Below are positions 1 to 9,074 of a DNA stretch of 64,000 bases, piece after piece. The notes under the pieces were generated by a model. That model was not told where the DNA came from and ran no database searches. It was given only the letters and a program-made list of their open reading frames with translations. Every line of letters begins with the position of its first letter. Position 1 is the first letter of the stretch. This DNA comes from Myxococcota bacterium (GTDB lineage Bacteria; Myxococcota_A; UBA796; SXON01). The position numbers and the translations under genes are program-made. The DNA is taken from contig JAZKFH010000002.1 in NCBI GenBank assembly GCA_040386535.1, forward strand, positions 96,001 through 160,000, given 5' to 3'.

Positions 1-101
1 GCGCCGCACTTCCGGCCCACGTCGTCCAACGAGCGCGCGCCCTCGTCGATGGTGCGACGAATGGTCCGGTTCGAGACACCCTTGCAGAGGCAGACGTACA
101 T
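1..101 (-). CDS. bfd: Bacterioferritin-associated ferredoxin Bfd ([2Fe-2S]), 5' part only; runs off the window
   Basis: Not in the ORF track. Manual translation from ATG at 101 gives MYVCLCKGVSNRTIRRTIDEGARSLDDVGRKCG, the typical Bfd N-terminus (MxVCxC). AGGA SD-like motif at 111-114. Confidence 0.9.
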   Translation of the reverse strand, partial: MYVCLCKGVSNRTIRRTIDEGARSLDDVGRKCG

Positions 102-112
102 GCGCGCCCGTC

Positions 113-135
113 CTGATAATGAAGTTGATTATCAG
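113..135. promoter_or_regulatory. Fur box (iron-responsive operator) upstream of bfd
   Basis: GATAATGAAGTTGATTATC (115-133) matches the canonical GATAATGATAATCATTATC at 15/19 positions. It sits inside the inverted repeat CTGATAAT-N7-ATTATCAG and is an AT-rich island next to the RBS. Confidence 0.8.
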
Positions 136-197
136 AATCGGAATGTGCCCCACAGACAGGCGACCGTCAACCCCCTCCGTGAACTCAGCCGCAAGAC

Positions 198-1238
198 TCA
201 ACGACCACTGGACGACACCGCGGGTTCGAGGTCGAGGATCGCGAGCTCCGGCCGGCACAGGAAGCGCAGGCGGGGCGCGTCGCTCCGCTCCATCCCGATG
301 CCGCGCGAGACGTAGAGTTGGCCGTGCTCGGGGAGCCTCGTGAGGCCCACGGACCAGCTGCGTGGCACCTTCGAGAGGGTCACCAGCGGCCCGAACACGG
401 GGAGGCGCACCTGGCCGCCGTGGATGTGTCCGGCGACGACGAGGTCGACGTCGGGCGCGGTGAGGGCCACGTCGGGGCGGTGGGCCAGCACGAGGTGGGG
501 CTTGGCGGAGAGCGGGATGGGCGGTCGCGACGACGCGGCGTCTTCGGGCGCGAGCGCGGTCACGACGATCGGCCCGAGATCGAAGGTGCGGCTCGACGCG
601 GCGGCCACGATGGGCAGCCCCGCGAAGATCGCGGCCCAGCTGTCGCTGTCCACGTCGCCGCGGACGGCGATCCCGCCCAGGGGAGCCACGAGGCCGCGCA
701 ACGCGACGTTCAGGGCGGCTGTCTCCGCGGCGTAAACCGTCGGGTCACGGCTTTGCACGTAGTCCCCCGCGAACAGCACGAGATCGGGCTTCGCGTCCTT
801 CACGGCCTGGAGCGACGCGCGCTCGTAGGCGCCGATGTGGTCGGTCTGGAGGTCGGCGACGAGGAGGATGCGCAGCGGCGCTTGAAGGCCCTCGATGGCG
901 ATGCGCGTGGTCGTCACTTCGAGCCAGCGCGGCTCGACCAGGAAGGCGTCGACCCCGACGAGCGCGAGGGCCCCACCGAGCAGCGCCGGCAGGGTGCGGC
1001 GGGTCACGATGGAGATGGCGACGAGCAGCGCGGGCGCGTGCAGGAAGAGGCCCCAACACGTGGCCTGCATCAGCCCGAACATCCCCCACCCGAGCCCGAA
1101 GCGGCCGACGAGCACGAGGCCGAGCAGCCCCAGGGAGGCGGCGAGCACGGCGTAGACCGGGCTTCCCGTGCGTCGGAGGACCAGGATCGCGGCGATGTCG
1201 GCCGCGGCGAACGTGAGGTTCGCGACGAGGGGGATCAT
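198..1238 (-). CDS. Membrane-anchored metallophosphoesterase (YkuE-like, calcineurin-like family)
   Basis: N-terminal TM helices, then ADLQ, GDYV, GDVD, AHRPD, GHIHGGQ and VSRGIG motifs. Start moved to ATG 1238. Confidence 0.85.
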   Translation of the reverse strand: MIPLVANLTFAAADIAAILVLRRTGSPVYAVLAASLGLLGLVLVGRFGLGWGMFGLMQATCWGLFLHAPALLVAISIVTRRTLPALLGGALALVGVDAFLVEPRWLEVTTTRIAIEGLQAPLRILLVADLQTDHIGAYERASLQAVKDAKPDLVLFAGDYVQSRDPTVYAAETAALNVALRGLVAPLGGIAVRGDVDSDSWAAIFAGLPIVAAASSRTFDLGPIVVTALAPEDAASSRPPIPLSAKPHLVLAHRPDVALTAPDVDLVVAGHIHGGQVRLPVFGPLVTLSKVPRSWSVGLTRLPEHGQLYVSRGIGMERSDAPRLRFLCRPELAILDLEPAVSSSGR

Positions 1239-1276
1239 GGCGCGCAGCGTAGCGTGTGCAGGACGCTCTCTGACGA

Positions 1277-1912
1277 CTATCCGCGCCCGATCGCCGCCCG
1301 CCCGCTGGCCGTGCGGACCCGCAAGAGCGGCCCTTCCGCGTCCTGGGACACCCCGTCGAGGGTCTGCTCGCCGAGCGTCTCCACGTCCAGATCGTAGCCA
1401 CCTTCGGGCACCGCGAGGGTCACGTCGCCGACGCCGACGCCCACGCTCACCTCGAGCGGGCGGGTCAGGAACGCGAGCCGCGCGTCGCCCCAGCCGGCCT
1501 GCACGCGCACGGTCGAGCCGAGCAGGCCCTCTCCCACCACGTTGCCGTCTCCGACCTCGATGGACAGGTCGCTGTCGAGGCCGGCCACCCGCACGTCGCC
1601 CTCGCCGGTGCGCACGTCGACCGGGATGCCGAGCGGCACGGTGAGCACGATGTCGGCGCCGCAGGGCAGCAGCGTCTCGCAGCGGGCCTCGATGCGCAGG
1701 ATGCCGTCCACCACGTGCTGGGTGGTGGTGAGGCTCGCCGCGCCGCGGAGCGTCCGGCCCACGTGGATGTCGGTGCCGCCCGCGGTCACCGTGACGTCGC
1801 CGGCGTCGACCTCGATGCGCACCGCCAGCACTTCCCCACCGATCACCGCGTGGTCCGCGGTTTCGGTGGGCGTACATCCGGCCAGGACGAAGAGGAAGGG
1901 GGCAGCGCGCAT
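1277..1912 (-). CDS. DUF4097-like beta-strand repeat lipoprotein
   Basis: Lipobox LAGC; repeated GDV beta-strand units (DAGDVTV, GEGDVRV, GVGDVTL). Confidence 0.65.
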   Translation of the reverse strand: MRAAPFLFVLAGCTPTETADHAVIGGEVLAVRIEVDAGDVTVTAGGTDIHVGRTLRGAASLTTTQHVVDGILRIEARCETLLPCGADIVLTVPLGIPVDVRTGEGDVRVAGLDSDLSIEVGDGNVVGEGLLGSTVRVQAGWGDARLAFLTRPLEVSVGVGVGDVTLAVPEGGYDLDVETLGEQTLDGVSQDAEGPLLRVRTASGRAAIGRG

Positions 1913-1958
1913 CGGGTTCGTGTCTCGCGGATGTGGACACCGGCGACGCGAAGGTGCG

Positions 1959-2807
1959 CTACCGACCCACCTTCAACGCGCGAGCGGCGGCCTGATTCAC
2001 GTCCGAAGCCGGAACGAACCCCATCGAGCGGAGGAACCCGCGCTGCTTCCTGGCGAGCTGCCGCGTGTCTCGTTTCGTCAGCCGCACCGCCTCGTCCAAC
2101 GAGACCTCCCCGGCGAGGTGGGCCGCGAGGTGCCGATAGCCGAGCGATTGCATGGGCTTGAGCTCGCGGCTCCACCCCTGGTCGAGCAGGCCCTGCACCT
2201 CCGCGAGGTACCCGGCGTCCATCATCGCGTCGACCCGCGCATCCAGGCGTTCGTAGAGGTTGTCGCGATCGATCCAGATGACCTCTGCGTCACGACGTTC
2301 GTGGGGGTCCTCGGCGTGCAGGGCGGAGAGCGGGCGCCCCGTGAGCGCGTGGATCTCGAGGCCGCGGACGACGCGCACGCGATCGTTCGGGTGCAGGCGC
2401 GCGGCCAACACGGGATCGACCTCGGCGAGGCGCGCGTGGGGGTCCGGGAGGGCGTCGAGCGCGGCGCGGAGGGCGAGATCGACGGGCGGCGTGGGGACGA
2501 GCCCGCAGAGCCAGGCGCGGAGATAGAACGGCGTGCCCCCGCAGAGCACGACGGGACCAATGACAGCGTCGGCCTCGGCCACGAAGTCGGCGGCCGAGAA
2601 GGGCTCGTCGGGGTTCCGGATGTCGATGCACCGGTGCGGTACGCGGGCGCGCTCCGCGACGGACACCTTGGCCGTGCCGATGTCCATCCCGCGGTACACC
2701 TGCATCGCGTCCATCGAGACGACGGTGGCGCCGTAGCGGGCGGCGATCTCGAGGGAGACGTCGGTTTTTCCGGCGCCGGTCGGGCCGACGAGGACGATGG
2801 GTTTGAT
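1959..2807 (-). CDS. miaA: tRNA dimethylallyltransferase MiaA (start uncertain, possibly ATC)
   Basis: GPTGAGKT P-loop, DAMQVYRGMDIGTAK, GGTPFY, HPNDRVR, LGY, TRQLARKQ; directly downstream of mutL. Confidence 0.92.
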   Translation of the reverse strand: MKPIVLVGPTGAGKTDVSLEIAARYGATVVSMDAMQVYRGMDIGTAKVSVAERARVPHRCIDIRNPDEPFSAADFVAEADAVIGPVVLCGGTPFYLRAWLCGLVPTPPVDLALRAALDALPDPHARLAEVDPVLAARLHPNDRVRVVRGLEIHALTGRPLSALHAEDPHERRDAEVIWIDRDNLYERLDARVDAMMDAGYLAEVQGLLDQGWSRELKPMQSLGYRHLAAHLAGEVSLDEAVRLTKRDTRQLARKQRGFLRSMGFVPASDVNQAAARALKVGR

Positions 2808-2817
2808 GTCCCCTCCC

Positions 2818-4821
2818 CTACGCCCGGTGGAACCGGCGTTCGAGCTCGCCGGTGCCCACGCGGATCGCGACGGGCCGGCCGTGCGCGCACACGGAGAAGT
2901 CGACCTCGTCGAGCGCGACGAGCAGGGCGCGCATCTCGAGCTCGGAGAGGACCTGGCCCGCGCGCACGCTCGTGTGGCACGCCCGCGTCGCGAGCGCGAG
3001 CTGCAGGCGATCGTCCGCCGCGGTGGCACCGCCGCCCTCGGCGAGCTCGTCCGCGATGTCGGCGAGCAGCGTGTGCAGGTCCATGTCGCGGAGCGCGGCG
3101 GGGAGGCCCAGGACGGCGAACGTGCCGCCGCCCATCGGCGATACTTCGAGGCCGTAGGGCGCGAGCCGGTCGACCTGGGCCGCGAGCAGGCGCGCGCGGG
3201 CGGCGGGCAGCTCGATCATCACGGGGACGAGCAGGCGCTGGGCCCCGCCGAGCGCGGCGCGCGGATCGCGCGTGAGCTTGTAGAGGGTCACGCGCTCGTG
3301 GGCCGCGTGCTGGTCGATGACGACGAGCTCGCCGGCGCCCTCGCACAGCACGTAGGTGGCCGCGAGCTGCCCCACGACGCGCAGATCGCGGAAGCGCGGC
3401 ACCGGGAGCAGCGCGTCGGGCGGGAGCGGGCGGGCGGGGCCGGACGGTGACGCGGCCGGGGGGAAAGACGGCGCGCGCGATGGGGGCGAGGGCGGCGCCA
3501 CCGGGGCGGGGGCCGGCATCCCGAGGGCGGCGGGCCGGCTCGGCGGGGGCGACACCTCCGGGGCGGCGGCGCGGGCGCTCGGCCACGGGGCGGGCTCCTC
3601 CGCGGCGGTGGGCTCCGCCACTCGCAACGGCGAGGGCTCGGGTGGCGCGACGTAGGTGGGCGCAGGGGCGGAGGGGGCGACGTAGGCCCGGGCGATGTCC
3701 TCCCCGACCGGCTCCGGCGTGAACGGGGGCTCGACAGCCTCCGGCACGTCCGCCCGCCAGCCGAGGCCGACCTGAGAGGCCCCCCGCTCGGCCGCGGGCT
3801 GGTAGCGGGCCTCGACAGCGACCGGGCGCCGGATCCCGTGCTCGCGCAGCGCGTTGCGGAGGCCCTCGGTGATCGCGCCCTGGAGCGCGTACCCGTTCAC
3901 GAAGCGCACCTCGGTCTTCGCCGGATGCACGTTCACGTCCACGTCCTCGGGGGGGACGCGCACCTCGAGGATGACGACGGGGTAGCGGTCCTTGGGGACG
4001 ATGCCGGCGTACGCCGCGGTCACCGCGCGGCGGAGCACGAGATCGCGCACGTAGCGGCCGTTGACATACAACCAGGAGCTGCCCTGCGGCGACGCGCGGT
4101 GGACGCCGACCGGGGAGATCAACGCGTCGACCTCGAGGCCGCCGCGGGTGAACGACACCGGGACCAGGGCCTCGCCGTGCGCGCCGAGCAGATCCGCGGC
4201 ACGACGGGCGCGGGTCCCGCTCGGCGGGCAACGCAGCAGGCTGCGGTCGTCGTGCGTGACGTCGAGATCGAGGTCGGGGCGGATGAGCGCCTCGCGCGTG
4301 ACGGCCTCGAGGCAGTGGCCGAGCTCGGTCTCCACGCTGCGGAGGAACTTGCGCCGCGCCGGCACGTTGAAGAAGAGCGACCCGACGGTGACCTCGGTGC
4401 CCGGCGCTGCGCCGGCGGGCGACACGTCCATGAGCTTGCCGCCCTCGACCCGGATGTGGGTGCCGGCCTCGGACTCCCGTTGCCGGGTGAGGATCTCGAA
4501 CTTCGAGACGCTCGCGATGCTCGGGATCGCCTCGCCGCGGAAGCCGAGCGTCGAGATGCGGAACAGATCGTCGTCCCGCAGGATCTTGCTCGTGGCGTGG
4601 CGTTCGAGGCACATCACCGCGTCGGTGCGGTTCATGCCGAAGCCGTCATCCACCACGCGCACGAGGTTGCGCCCGCCCGCGCGCAAGTGCACGCCGAGGC
4701 TGGTGGCGCCCGCGTCGAGCGCGTTCTCGACGAGCTCCTTGACCACCGACGCCGGGCGCTCGACCACCTCGCCCGCGGCGATCTTGTTGATCAGGTGCTC
4801 TTCGAGGATGCGGACGGCCAC
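2818..4821 (-). CDS. mutL: DNA mismatch repair protein MutL
   Basis: NKIAAGEVVERPASVVKELVEN, HATSK, GFRGEA, DVNVHPAK, endonuclease motif DQHAAHER, C-terminal CAHGRP. GTG start at 4821. Confidence 0.97.
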   Translation of the reverse strand: MAVRILEEHLINKIAAGEVVERPASVVKELVENALDAGATSLGVHLRAGGRNLVRVVDDGFGMNRTDAVMCLERHATSKILRDDDLFRISTLGFRGEAIPSIASVSKFEILTRQRESEAGTHIRVEGGKLMDVSPAGAAPGTEVTVGSLFFNVPARRKFLRSVETELGHCLEAVTREALIRPDLDLDVTHDDRSLLRCPPSGTRARRAADLLGAHGEALVPVSFTRGGLEVDALISPVGVHRASPQGSSWLYVNGRYVRDLVLRRAVTAAYAGIVPKDRYPVVILEVRVPPEDVDVNVHPAKTEVRFVNGYALQGAITEGLRNALREHGIRRPVAVEARYQPAAERGASQVGLGWRADVPEAVEPPFTPEPVGEDIARAYVAPSAPAPTYVAPPEPSPLRVAEPTAAEEPAPWPSARAAAPEVSPPPSRPAALGMPAPAPVAPPSPPSRAPSFPPAASPSGPARPLPPDALLPVPRFRDLRVVGQLAATYVLCEGAGELVVIDQHAAHERVTLYKLTRDPRAALGGAQRLLVPVMIELPAARARLLAAQVDRLAPYGLEVSPMGGGTFAVLGLPAALRDMDLHTLLADIADELAEGGGATAADDRLQLALATRACHTSVRAGQVLSELEMRALLVALDEVDFSVCAHGRPVAIRVGTGELERRFHRA

Positions 4822-4824
4822 GGT

Positions 4825-4836
4825 CGCGTCTAACCC
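4825..4836 (-). promoter_or_regulatory. GGGTTAGACGCG element upstream of mutL (candidate -10 of a leaderless promoter)
   Basis: Identical 12-mer upstream of mnmA (14433-14444); same core upstream of dinG and murG. Confidence 0.5.
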
Positions 4837-4919
4837 GGCGGACGGCGGACGCGGCGCGCCGGCCAAGGTAGGGCTTGCCTCTCCCGCCCGAGTGTCGAAC
4901 CTCCCTGGAAGGGGGTCAC

Positions 4920-5855
4920 ATGGAAGAGGACCAGATTCGCGAAGGGCGGGAACGCCACGAAGAGCCGAGCGGCGAACGCGTGTCGCACGAGGGAGTGGAG
5001 CGCCTGCGCGCCTTGTTGGGGAGCCGGCCAGTGGTGATGCTCACCACCATGGAGCCGGGGGGCTCGCTCCGGAGCCGGCCGATGGCCATCCAGGAGATCA
5101 ACGACCAGGGAGAGGCGTTCCTCATCACCCAACGCTCGTCGCCGAAAGTCGAGGAGGTGGCGCGCGAGCACCACGTCAATCTCGCGTTCTTCCGCACGGT
5201 GCGCGGGCGCTACGTCTCCGTGAGCGGCCGCGCCACGGTCATGCGGGACGACACGAAGCTGCGCCAGCTCTGGCACCCGACCCTCCAGGCCTGGTTCCCG
5301 GACGGCCTGGACGACCCTGATCTGTGCCTGCTGCGCGTCCGCATCGACAAGGCGGAGACCTGGAACGCGCCCGTCGGAAACCTCATCCAGGTCGCGCGCC
5401 TTGCCGGCTCCATCCTCGGCCGCAGCCCGCGACCGACCCACGAGGAGGGCCGCGACACCCTCGTCATCCGGGTCCAGCAGCCCGGGATCGGCGACACCGC
5501 CGGGATCCTGGGTGCGGCTGGCGGCAACATGGGCGTCGCGCCACGCGCGCCGAGGGAGCCCGGCAAGGCCCGCGTGGTGGGCGCCTCCGGCGGCACCATG
5601 GGAGAGGCGCCGATCAACGGGAAGAAGCGGGAGGCGCCCACGGCGCCACGCGCCGCCAGGACCGAGCTGCCCGAGCCCCGCATGGACATCCCGCTGGGGG
5701 CCCGGACCGAGACGGTGACGCCGCCCAAGCCGGCACGGGCCGCCGCCACGGCGGAGAACAAGGCGATGGCGGGAGAGGTCAAGAAGCACGCGCAGATCAA
5801 GCCCGAGCCGCCCATCGGGGACGCGGCGCCGCGCCGGGGTGGCCGGGGGCGTTGA
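4920..5855 (+). CDS. Pyridoxamine 5'-phosphate oxidase-like / general stress protein with low-complexity C-terminal tail
   Basis: MLTT, LRSRPM, YVSVSGRA, LW...AWFPDGLDDPDLCLLRV motifs; purine-rich SD-like tract before ATG 4920. Confidence 0.8.
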   Translation: MEEDQIREGRERHEEPSGERVSHEGVERLRALLGSRPVVMLTTMEPGGSLRSRPMAIQEINDQGEAFLITQRSSPKVEEVAREHHVNLAFFRTVRGRYVSVSGRATVMRDDTKLRQLWHPTLQAWFPDGLDDPDLCLLRVRIDKAETWNAPVGNLIQVARLAGSILGRSPRPTHEEGRDTLVIRVQQPGIGDTAGILGAAGGNMGVAPRAPREPGKARVVGASGGTMGEAPINGKKREAPTAPRAARTELPEPRMDIPLGARTETVTPPKPARAAATAENKAMAGEVKKHAQIKPEPPIGDAAPRRGGRGR

Positions 5856-5993
5856 ACCCCGCGGGTGACACGCCCAGGAGTGCCACCCGCCCGGTGAGAC
5901 GCGGCGGGGGAGCTGCGGCTGGTGACAGAACGCGACGGGGCCGCCCTGATCCGCCCCGCGGATCCCGGCGTACCCTATGTGTTGGAGCCGCCC

Positions 5994-6491
5994 ATGACCC
6001 TCCCCGCCTCCGTCCGCGCCACCGTCTTCGCGCTCGTCGCCGTCTTCGGGTGCGCCGCCACGCCCGCTGCCGGCGGACCCCCCGCCCCTGCCAAGACCTA
6101 CGAGGTCCAGAAGACCGAGGCGGAGTGGCGCGCCCAGCTCACGCCCGCGCAGTACCGGATCCTCCGCGAGAAGGACACCGAGCGCGCCTTCAGCGGTACC
6201 CACGTGAACGAGCATCGCGACGGCGTATACGCTTGCGCGGGCTGCGGGCTCGCCTTGTTCGACGCCAAGGACAAGTTCGAGTCGGGCACGGGCTGGCCGA
6301 GCTACACGCGGCCCGTCAAGGCCGACGCGGTCGAGGTCGAGCTCGACGTGAAGTACGGCATGGTGCGCGAGGAGGTGCTCTGCAACCGCTGCGGCGGGCA
6401 CCTCGGCCACGTGTTCGACGACGGGCCGAAGCCGACCGGCAAGCGCTACTGCATCAACTCGGAGTCGCTCACGTTCACGGCCGCCAAGTAG
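5994..6491 (+). CDS. msrB: Peptide-methionine (R)-S-oxide reductase MsrB, probably an exported lipoprotein
   Basis: [41 protein letters not shown]; hydrophobic leader ending VFGC. Confidence 0.93.
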   Translation: MTLPASVRATVFALVAVFGCAATPAAGGPPAPAKTYEVQKTEAEWRAQLTPAQYRILREKDTERAFSGTHVNEHRDGVYACAGCGLALFDAKDKFESGTGWPSYTRPVKADAVEVELDVKYGMVREEVLCNRCGGHLGHVFDDGPKPTGKRYCINSESLTFTAAK

Positions 6492-6518
6492 CGGACCCGG
6501 AAGTAGCCGCGGCGCGAA

Positions 6519-8000
6519 CTACTCCTCGCCGGCCTCGCCTTCTTCGGTGTCTTCGCCTTCCTCGCCCTCTTCGAGGCCTTCCTCGTCGTCGAGGAACGCC
6601 TCGTCCCCCTCGTCCAGATCGACCATCTGGAAGAGCGGGACGTTCGGGATCGGCGCGGAGCCGTCCTCCTTGGCCTCACCCGGGCGCCGCTTGCGACGGT
6701 ACTGGATGCGGATGGGCGAGCCGGCGAACCCGAACTCGGCGCGGAGCCGGTTCTGGAGGTAGCGGTCGTACCCGTCTCCCACGCCCTCGGGCGTGTTGCA
6801 GAAGATCGTGAACGTGGGCGGCCGCACGCGCACCTGCGTCATGTAGTTCAGGCGCACGTCGTGGTGGTAGCGCTGCGGCGGCGAGTAGGCCTCGACGGAC
6901 GCGCGGAGAAAATCGTTCAGGCGCGCGGTCGTGACGCGCTGGTTGAACGAGGCGAAGACGCCGCGCGCGGTGTCGAGCACCTTGCCGGTGCCCTTGCCCG
7001 TGGTGGCCGAGATGTAGAGCACCGGCGCGTGCGCGATGTGCGGCAGCTTGCGGCTGAACTCGTCCTCGACGGTCTTGATGTCGCGATCTTCCATGTCGCG
7101 CACCTTGTCCCACTTGTTCACGAGCACGATGAGCCCGCGACCGCGCTCGACCACGAGGGCCGCGAGGTGCGCGTCCTGCTCGGTCACGCCCTCCGCGCCG
7201 TCGATGACGAGCATCACGATGTGGCAGCGCTCGATCGTGCGGATCGACGCGCCGACCATGAGGCCTTCGAGCTTGTCCTCGATGCGGCCGCGGCGGCGGA
7301 TGCCCGCGGTGTCGACCAGGCGGAACTTCGTGCCGTCGTACTCCATCGTGGAGTCCGTCGAGTCCACCGTGGTGCCGGGCGCGTCGTTGACGACGTGGCG
7401 ATCCTCGCCGAGCAGCTTGTTCAGGAGCGTGCTCTTGCCGACGTTCGGGCGGCCGAGCACCGACATGCGGATCTCCGCCTCGTCCTCCGGCTCGGGCTCG
7501 ACCTCCGGGGGGAAGTGCGCGCTCACGGCGTCCATCAGCTCGAACATGCCGCGGCCGTGTTCCGCGCTGATGGGCACGAGCTCGCGGAAGCCGAGCTCCC
7601 AGAACTCGTTCGACTCGTCGTCATGGTTCGCGACGTCACACTTGTTGACGGCGAGGATGATCGGCTTGCCGGCGGCGCGGATCAGGTCGGCCGTCTGCTG
7701 GTCGGGGGGCGTGATGCCGGCCTGCCGATCCACCAGGAGGATGACCACGTCCGCCTCTTCCACCGCCGCCTCGGACTGGCGACGCATGGCGGCGAACAGG
7801 TTGTCGTCCGGCTCGGGCTCGAAACCGCCCGTGTCGACGAGGAGATAGCTACGCTCCTGCCACGCGGCAGTCTCGTAGTTCCGGTCACGGGTGACACCCG
7901 GCCGGTCGTGGACGAGGGCCTTGCGCGTACCGATGAGACGGTTGAACAAGGTAGACTTGCCGACGTTGGGTCGGCCGACGATTGCGACGACGGGGAGCAC
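6519..8000 (-). CDS. der: Ribosome biogenesis GTPase Der (EngA) with acidic C-terminal tail
   Basis: Two GRPNVGKS G-domains, DTGG/DTAG, NKCD/NKWD, KH-like C-terminus. GTG start at 8000. Confidence 0.96.
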   Translation of the reverse strand: MLPVVAIVGRPNVGKSTLFNRLIGTRKALVHDRPGVTRDRNYETAAWQERSYLLVDTGGFEPEPDDNLFAAMRRQSEAAVEEADVVILLVDRQAGITPPDQQTADLIRAAGKPIILAVNKCDVANHDDESNEFWELGFRELVPISAEHGRGMFELMDAVSAHFPPEVEPEPEDEAEIRMSVLGRPNVGKSTLLNKLLGEDRHVVNDAPGTTVDSTDSTMEYDGTKFRLVDTAGIRRRGRIEDKLEGLMVGASIRTIERCHIVMLVIDGAEGVTEQDAHLAALVVERGRGLIVLVNKWDKVRDMEDRDIKTVEDEFSRKLPHIAHAPVLYISATTGKGTGKVLDTARGVFASFNQRVTTARLNDFLRASVEAYSPPQRYHHDVRLNYMTQVRVRPPTFTIFCNTPEGVGDGYDRYLQNRLRAEFGFAGSPIRIQYRRKRRPGEAKEDGSAPIPNVPLFQMVDLDEGDEAFLDDEEGLEEGEEGEDTEEGEAGEE

Positions 8001-8061
8001 GGGGCCGGCTAAGCCGGCGCGGCCTCGGGATCCACCGTTCCTCGCGTGACGGGACGATTGA

Positions 8062-8991
8062 CTACGCGTACCCGAGTCCGCGGAGCGCCCGCGGGTTCGA
8101 TGTCCAATCCTTCTCGACGACCACGAACAGATCGAGGCGCACCCGGCAATCCAGCAGGTGCGCAAGCTGGGTGCGCGCCTCGCTGCCGATCTTCTTCACC
8201 ATGGTGCCGCCCTTGCCGATGAGGATGGCCTTCTGGCTGGGCTTCTCCACGATGATGCGCGCGTGGATGCGCACGATGTTCTCGGTCTCCCGGACGGACT
8301 CGTCGAATTGTTCGATCTCGACCGCCGTGGCGTAGGGCACCTCCTGCCCACAGTTTTCGAAGATCCGCTCGCGGATGAGCTCGGCGCAGATCTGGCGCTC
8401 CATGGCGTCGGTCACGTGATCGGCCGGGTAGATCGCGGGCTGCTCGGGCAGGAGCTTCTTCCACTCGGCGACCAGCGTGTCCAGGCCGTCCCCCGACGAC
8501 GCGCTCACCGGCACGATCGGCGCCTTGATCTCGGCCTCCTGGAAGGCCGCGAGCACCGGGAGGAGCCAGCCCTTCTCGATGAGATCGACCTTGTTCAGCG
8601 CGATGACGAGCGGGCGATCCTTCACCCGCTCCAGCACCGAGAGCAGCGCGGCGTCGAACACGGCGGTGCCGTTCTTGGCGGCGCGGGCGAGCGGCTCGGC
8701 GTCCACGATCCAACACACGGCGTCGACATCGGCGACGACGTGCTCGGCTTCGCGCACCATGTGGGCGTTCAGCGGGGTCCACGCCTCGTGCAGGCCCGGG
8801 GTGTCCCAGAGGACGGCCTGCATCTGTTCGGTGGTGTAGACGCCGGCCACGCGGTTGCGGGTGGTCTGCGGGCGGTGGGAGACGGCGCTGATCTTGGCGC
8901 CCACCAGCTGGTTGAGGAGGGTGGACTTGCCCGCGTTGGGGCGGCCCACGAGGCCGATGGTCCCGGCGTGAAACGGTGCTTCAGACGACAT
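8062..8991 (-). CDS. era: GTPase Era
   Basis: GRPNAGKSTL, PQTTR, DTPG, NKVD, QEVPY, ILIGKGG KH motif. Confidence 0.96.
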   Translation of the reverse strand: MSSEAPFHAGTIGLVGRPNAGKSTLLNQLVGAKISAVSHRPQTTRNRVAGVYTTEQMQAVLWDTPGLHEAWTPLNAHMVREAEHVVADVDAVCWIVDAEPLARAAKNGTAVFDAALLSVLERVKDRPLVIALNKVDLIEKGWLLPVLAAFQEAEIKAPIVPVSASSGDGLDTLVAEWKKLLPEQPAIYPADHVTDAMERQICAELIRERIFENCGQEVPYATAVEIEQFDESVRETENIVRIHARIIVEKPSQKAILIGKGGTMVKKIGSEARTQLAHLLDCRVRLDLFVVVEKDWTSNPRALRGLGYA

Positions 8992-9074
8992 GCGGCCCCC
9001 TTAACGGGCGCGCCCGGTCCGGACGAGCCAGCCTCGTCGGGCCTACCCCTCCTCGAACCTCCCCGTCGTCCTGC

